Origin: Ruditapes philippinarum
Lineage: Eukaryota
Assembly (NCBI RefSeq): GCF_026571515.1
Contig: NW_026860085.1
Coordinates: forward strand, 1 to 64,000
Direction of reading: 5' to 3'
DNA length: 64,000 nt
Shown: positions 59,703 through 64,000 of the stretch, piece by piece
Numbering within the stretch: the stretch's first letter is position 1
How the letters are laid out: the number at the start of each line of letters is the position of its first letter
Made by a program: the position numbers and the translations under genes
The notes under the pieces: model-generated
Database searches by the model: none
Told to the model about the DNA's origin: nothing
Seen by the model: only the letters and a program-made list of their open reading frames with translations

Positions 59703-62232
59703 ATGGAAAAGTCATGGCCGAAAGTTGTTTTATTTGGAGATTCATTAACACAGGTAAGAGGAAAGTTGAAAAATATCACACCTGTTTCATTTAAATTGTA
59801 CATTGACTGTGATTGTATTTTGTAAACCCCTTTGCGAAATCCCAGACAAAATTAAAACCCAAAAAAATTTTTGGGGGTTTTGAAACCCAAAAATATTTTT
59901 CCCTTGGGGACCCCCCAAAGGCTTGTCAGTAACAAGGCTAGCCGAGTTACTGCCCATGGGCAGGTTCCGAAGGAACGGATCAATATTCTGATCAGAACAA
60001 CTGACATATGTCAGATATTTTTTCTTGCATCTTCTTCCATATTTCATTATATTTTAAACTCTTTACCTTAATAAAACAATTTTCCATGGAAATTTCTGAC
60101 ATTACACTATTAGTTACTAACTATTTTCTTACAACAGCATAATTTCATGAAATTACATTCATAATGGTAAAATTAAGTCAACCTATAAAAGCATGCCATA
60201 TTGTACAGCACTCGACTCATCTGGGGCCCACCATGCCAGATGAAATACACCCATAAACATTTTTGATATGGACTACGTAAATAACCGAGGTATATCGAGT
60301 GAGAAACTACGAGTTGTTTCCCTTATCTTCAAGTAAAATCGATATCTCTTACGCTAAAACAATACAAATTTAGCCGTTTTTAAACCGCTAGTTTGTTGTG
60401 ATTAAATGCCTGATTTTAAAAATTATTACATCAATGGAAAGCTTTAGATCTTAGCTTTGTCACAGTATATACTTCAACACATCTTTTGTCACCAAAGTAT
60501 TTAACTTAACTATTAAACCTACGATATGTCAGACCATTTTACATACAATTTATACAGTGAGATACGCAACTGGTTATCTCTACTCGAAATACTACTGATA
60601 AGAATAGCCTGTCGTTTGCTAGTTGGGAAAGTGTTTATGGGTGTATTCCCGGTAAAGGTAAAACTAACAGAAATGCCAGTCTCATTTGCAAGAAAATTTA
60701 ATTTTGTCTGTCAGAATTAAAGAGTTTCATATACACAATAATGGAACAAATTATGGGGCCGTTCAGTGGATGTACATGTATGTCATGATAAAGAAGTTTT
60801 TTCAATAATTTAGAACAAAGTCTGTATGCCACTAGGTTCATGTAGCTCAGTTCATAAAGCTGTAGAACAGTATTCCTTGAGTTTTGTCCAGGTCAGGCAA
60901 CACAGTTTTCCCACCCTGGTTACTTGGTAATTAATTACGGAGGTAATTGTATTTTGAATATTGATCTCCAGGTAAGTCACATGTAAAATTTAACTGAATT
61001 ATCATTTGGTGTAAAATTAAAGATCAAAAATAAGATAAAGCATACATTTAGTAAATAATTCAGTAAACTCTTTAAAAAAATCATGCTAATTCAATTGCAA
61101 ACAAATATAAAGTTGTTGAAATTATTAGTTGATACAATATAAAACAGTGCTTCAAACTAAGATTTCTATTACAGCTGTTTAAAGTAAATAATATCATAAA
61201 ACATTTATCATGTACTTTAATTGTAATCAATAATGCATTGCTATTAGTCTTTCCATTCTTTTTTCAGTATGGTTATAGTAAAGATGGTTGCTGGTCAGCC
61301 TTGGTCGCTGACTATTTACAAAGGTAAAATATACTTCTTTGAAAATAAAAAAATCTGACAGTGGGTGTTTACAATTGTAATAATTTTTTAACAAAAGAAG
61401 TAATGAACATCCTTTATTAGTTGCATACTATTTTTAGGCAAATGCCCCCTGTTCTCAGAACAAATTATTATATACCATGTAAGGGAAGTTTTAATGTTAC
61501 TATTTTGTTAAGAAACAACGTCTTCTATCAAGTTTTTGCTTTTAATATCAACTTGAGTGGGCGGCACATATATAGCCCGACGTGGTTACTGATGAGACAA
61601 GTAATCTAATGATAGCTGCAGTGTGGGTTAAAAAACCCCATTAAGGGGTAAGGCTGTTCTTTCCGTGAGCAAGAAACTTTACATTCATTGATAGTACTGG
61701 TTGGCTCCAAGGAATGGAAATTTGAGAGTGTTTCAATATTAAAGCTAATCGTAGCTCCCAACAAAGTTAAGATTAATTTGCATAAACTAACATCAACATG
61801 AATAATTATTTCATACTGATCCTATGAAATAAATAGACAATAATAATTATAGTGTTATATTTAACAATTGCATGTACTTAACTGTCTGAATTTCCTGATT
61901 TTGTGTATTGTAAATTTTGTTAAAATGATAAATAATGAGATCAAATAGTAAATCTCTTCTGGAAAAGTATTCTTGTCATGTTGTATGATTTGATTTACAA
62001 TTTTACTTGAAGGAAATGTGATGTGATAAATCGTGGCTTCTCAGGTTACAATACTAGATGGTGTAAGATCATTCTTCCAGGGTTGGTCACAAGTAAAGAT
62101 ACTGCAGATATAAAGTTGGTCACTATATTCCTAGGTGCCAATGACTCTGTGGATAGTACCTTATGCTCAAAACAACATGTGCCTCTAGAAGAATTTAAAC
62201 AGAACATGAAAGATATGGTTCAGTATTTACAG
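59703..62232 (+). CDS. IAH1: isoamyl acetate-hydrolyzing esterase 1 homolog (SGNH/GDSL hydrolase), first three exons, 3' partial
   Basis: Exons 59703-59753 (MEKSWPKVVLFGDSLTQ), 61268-61323 (YGYSKDGCWSALVADYLQR), 62013-62232 (KCDVINRGFSGYNTRW...VTIFLGANDS...QHVPLEEFKQN). Contains SGNH blocks I-III. Confidence 0.93.
61560..61790 (+). mobile_element. degenerate CORE-type SINE
   Basis: Shares GAGCAAGAAACTTT...TAGTACTGGTTGG body with 34200-34405. Confidence 0.55.
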
Positions 62233-62569
62233 GTGAGTATATTTCCATGAAGGCTAATTAGAGAGGATAAAAGGATTTATCAAGAACAAATATCTAGCAA
62301 GATTACACTCAAAGAGTTTCCATGATTGATGCACATTATTAAAATACTTATTGGTCTCCATTTTTGTCTTAGTTTGTTGCAATATTGAATTTTCTTGTAT
62401 GATATGGGCTTATCTGGGATACTGGCTCTTGGATTGTTGGAAACAGAGATCATCTTTAGGACCAGGATTATGAATTTTATAAAAGCCATTCTGTAATTGT
62501 AAAATAATAATGACTTACCTTAACGGGCATTAGAAAATTCTGTCCATTCATAATTAAATAAAATTAATT

Positions 62570-62790
62570 ATTAATATGTCAGTGGAGGAAATGTCTGATG
62601 ATTAGCATGTCTGTATAGTGGAAGTCTGATAATGTACTTGCTAGTAGAGAGATGTCTGATGAATTAAATGTTTGTAAAGGGGACGTCTGATGATATACTT
62701 GTCTGAAAGGGGATATCCGATGACTTATTTGTCAGTGGAGGGGAATGTTTGATGATAAACATGTCTTTCGATGGAATTTCTGATGATGAT
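62570..62790. repeat. degenerate ~35-40-bp tandem repeat (TGTCTGATGA core)
   Basis: About 6 diverged units in the IAH1 intron. Confidence 0.55.
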
Positions 62791-64000
62791 TAACTTTATC
62801 TTCCACCTTGATTAATCATAACAATTGCTTCAGAGATTCAGTATTTCAGGACTATAGTTTAGATTATTGTTTTCATGTTTATTTTTACTGGATATTGTGA
62901 GTTTGAATCATTTACAGTGGGAGGGAAAGGAAAATAAAACAACTTCTACCCTATTTAAAAAAGTACTGTATAGGGGGGTTAAAGGGGAAGGGGGGTTGGA
63001 AAATTGGCCAAATTTAAGTTTAATTGGGCTACAGTACTTAAATTTCCCCCTTTTGCCAAAAAAAATTTTCCCAAAACCTGTTTTTTTATTTTACGTTTTT
63101 CCAAGATCCCGGGGATTTGCTAATATTTTCACATGCAAAATGGTTTTGGGAAATAAAAATTGGGTTTAACTTTTCCACCCGGGGGAAAATATCCCCTTTA
63201 TACGGTAATTGCTTGTTTTGGGAGGGGTATTTGGTTAGCACGACAAAAGAAGTGTTTTAACCACCAAAAATTTTGATGAACAGAAATTTGGGGGGGAAAA
63301 TTGCCAAAAAAAAAGGTTTTGGGAAATCTTTTTTTTTAGCTAACCCAAAAGAAAAAACAAGGGGGTTTTTTATTTTTAAAAAACTATATCTCAAAAAAGG
63401 GATATTAATTTTAATTTTAGTGTTTTTAGCTTTTTGGCCAAAACTATTTTTTTTTAAAACCAGAAAACCCTTTTTGGGTTTTTAAAACAAACCAAAATTT
63501 TTAGTTTTTTAAACAAATTCCAGAAGTCATATTTCCGACATTAGCCCCCAAATTTATGGGAAAATTTTTATTGGTTTAAAAAGGGGAAAGGGTAAAATGC
63601 TTGAAAAGATTTTTAGGGGTGCGACTGGGGGTTTAAAATCCATTCCCCTCAGGGGGCCTTTTTAAGCTGTTGGGAAAAGTTTAAACTGTTTTTTATTGGG
63701 CCATAAGGCCCCTTTCTTTGCACAGTTATTTAAAAGGGGGTAACCCTATTTTTCAATTAAGGGAAAGGGGAGGGCATGCCTTTAACTGTAAAAAATTGAA
63801 ATTTTTCAAAATTTAATGTTATGGGTCAAACTGGGACAGTGGGTGAAGGCAGGGGATGGGGAAAAGTTTTTTTAAAATCCAACAAAGGGCGAAAGGGTTA
63901 ATTTAAAAATTTATTTAAAATTTTAGGGGAAAAAGTGTTTTGGGGGAAAGGGATAACCCCAACAAAAGGTTTTTGCTGGAAAACATGTTTTAAAAAAGGT

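Overview
AT-rich, intron-rich animal genomic DNA. The repeat landscape (HINE/pearl-like satellite-carrying elements, a 235-bp GAG...CTC foldback MITE, RUDI/V-type and CORE-type tRNA SINEs) points to a bivalve, probably a venerid-type clam (inference). I assembled spliced models by hand from GT-AG sites and phase matching and found six protein-coding loci. (1) An SLC22-like organic cation/anion transporter (+, 294-7965) with one exon garbled. (2) A secreted 518-aa protein: signal peptide, propeptide ending RGRR, Gla-like Cys-rich module, EGF, then two VWA domains (+, 11656-17188). (3) A secreted cystine-knot-type protein with an extremely Trp/Tyr/Arg-rich C-terminal domain (-, 24766-22152). (4) A divergent head-to-head paralog of it that the ORF track almost completely misses (+, 26870-29964). 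(5) An acyl-CoA dehydrogenase of the acdh-6/LCAD-like type (-, 57322-36010, first exon unresolved). (6) The first three exons of IAH1 (+, 59703-62232), head-to-head with the dehydrogenase. The most interesting signal is the cluster of secreted proteins at 11.6-30 kb: a divergently transcribed pair of Spaetzle/noggin-like cystine-knot genes next to the Gla-like/EGF/VWA gene. Several stretches (about 5.6-6.1 kb, 58.9-59.9 kb, 62.9-64 kb) look like low-quality long-read consensus. No database searches were possible, so family assignments rest on motif recognition.
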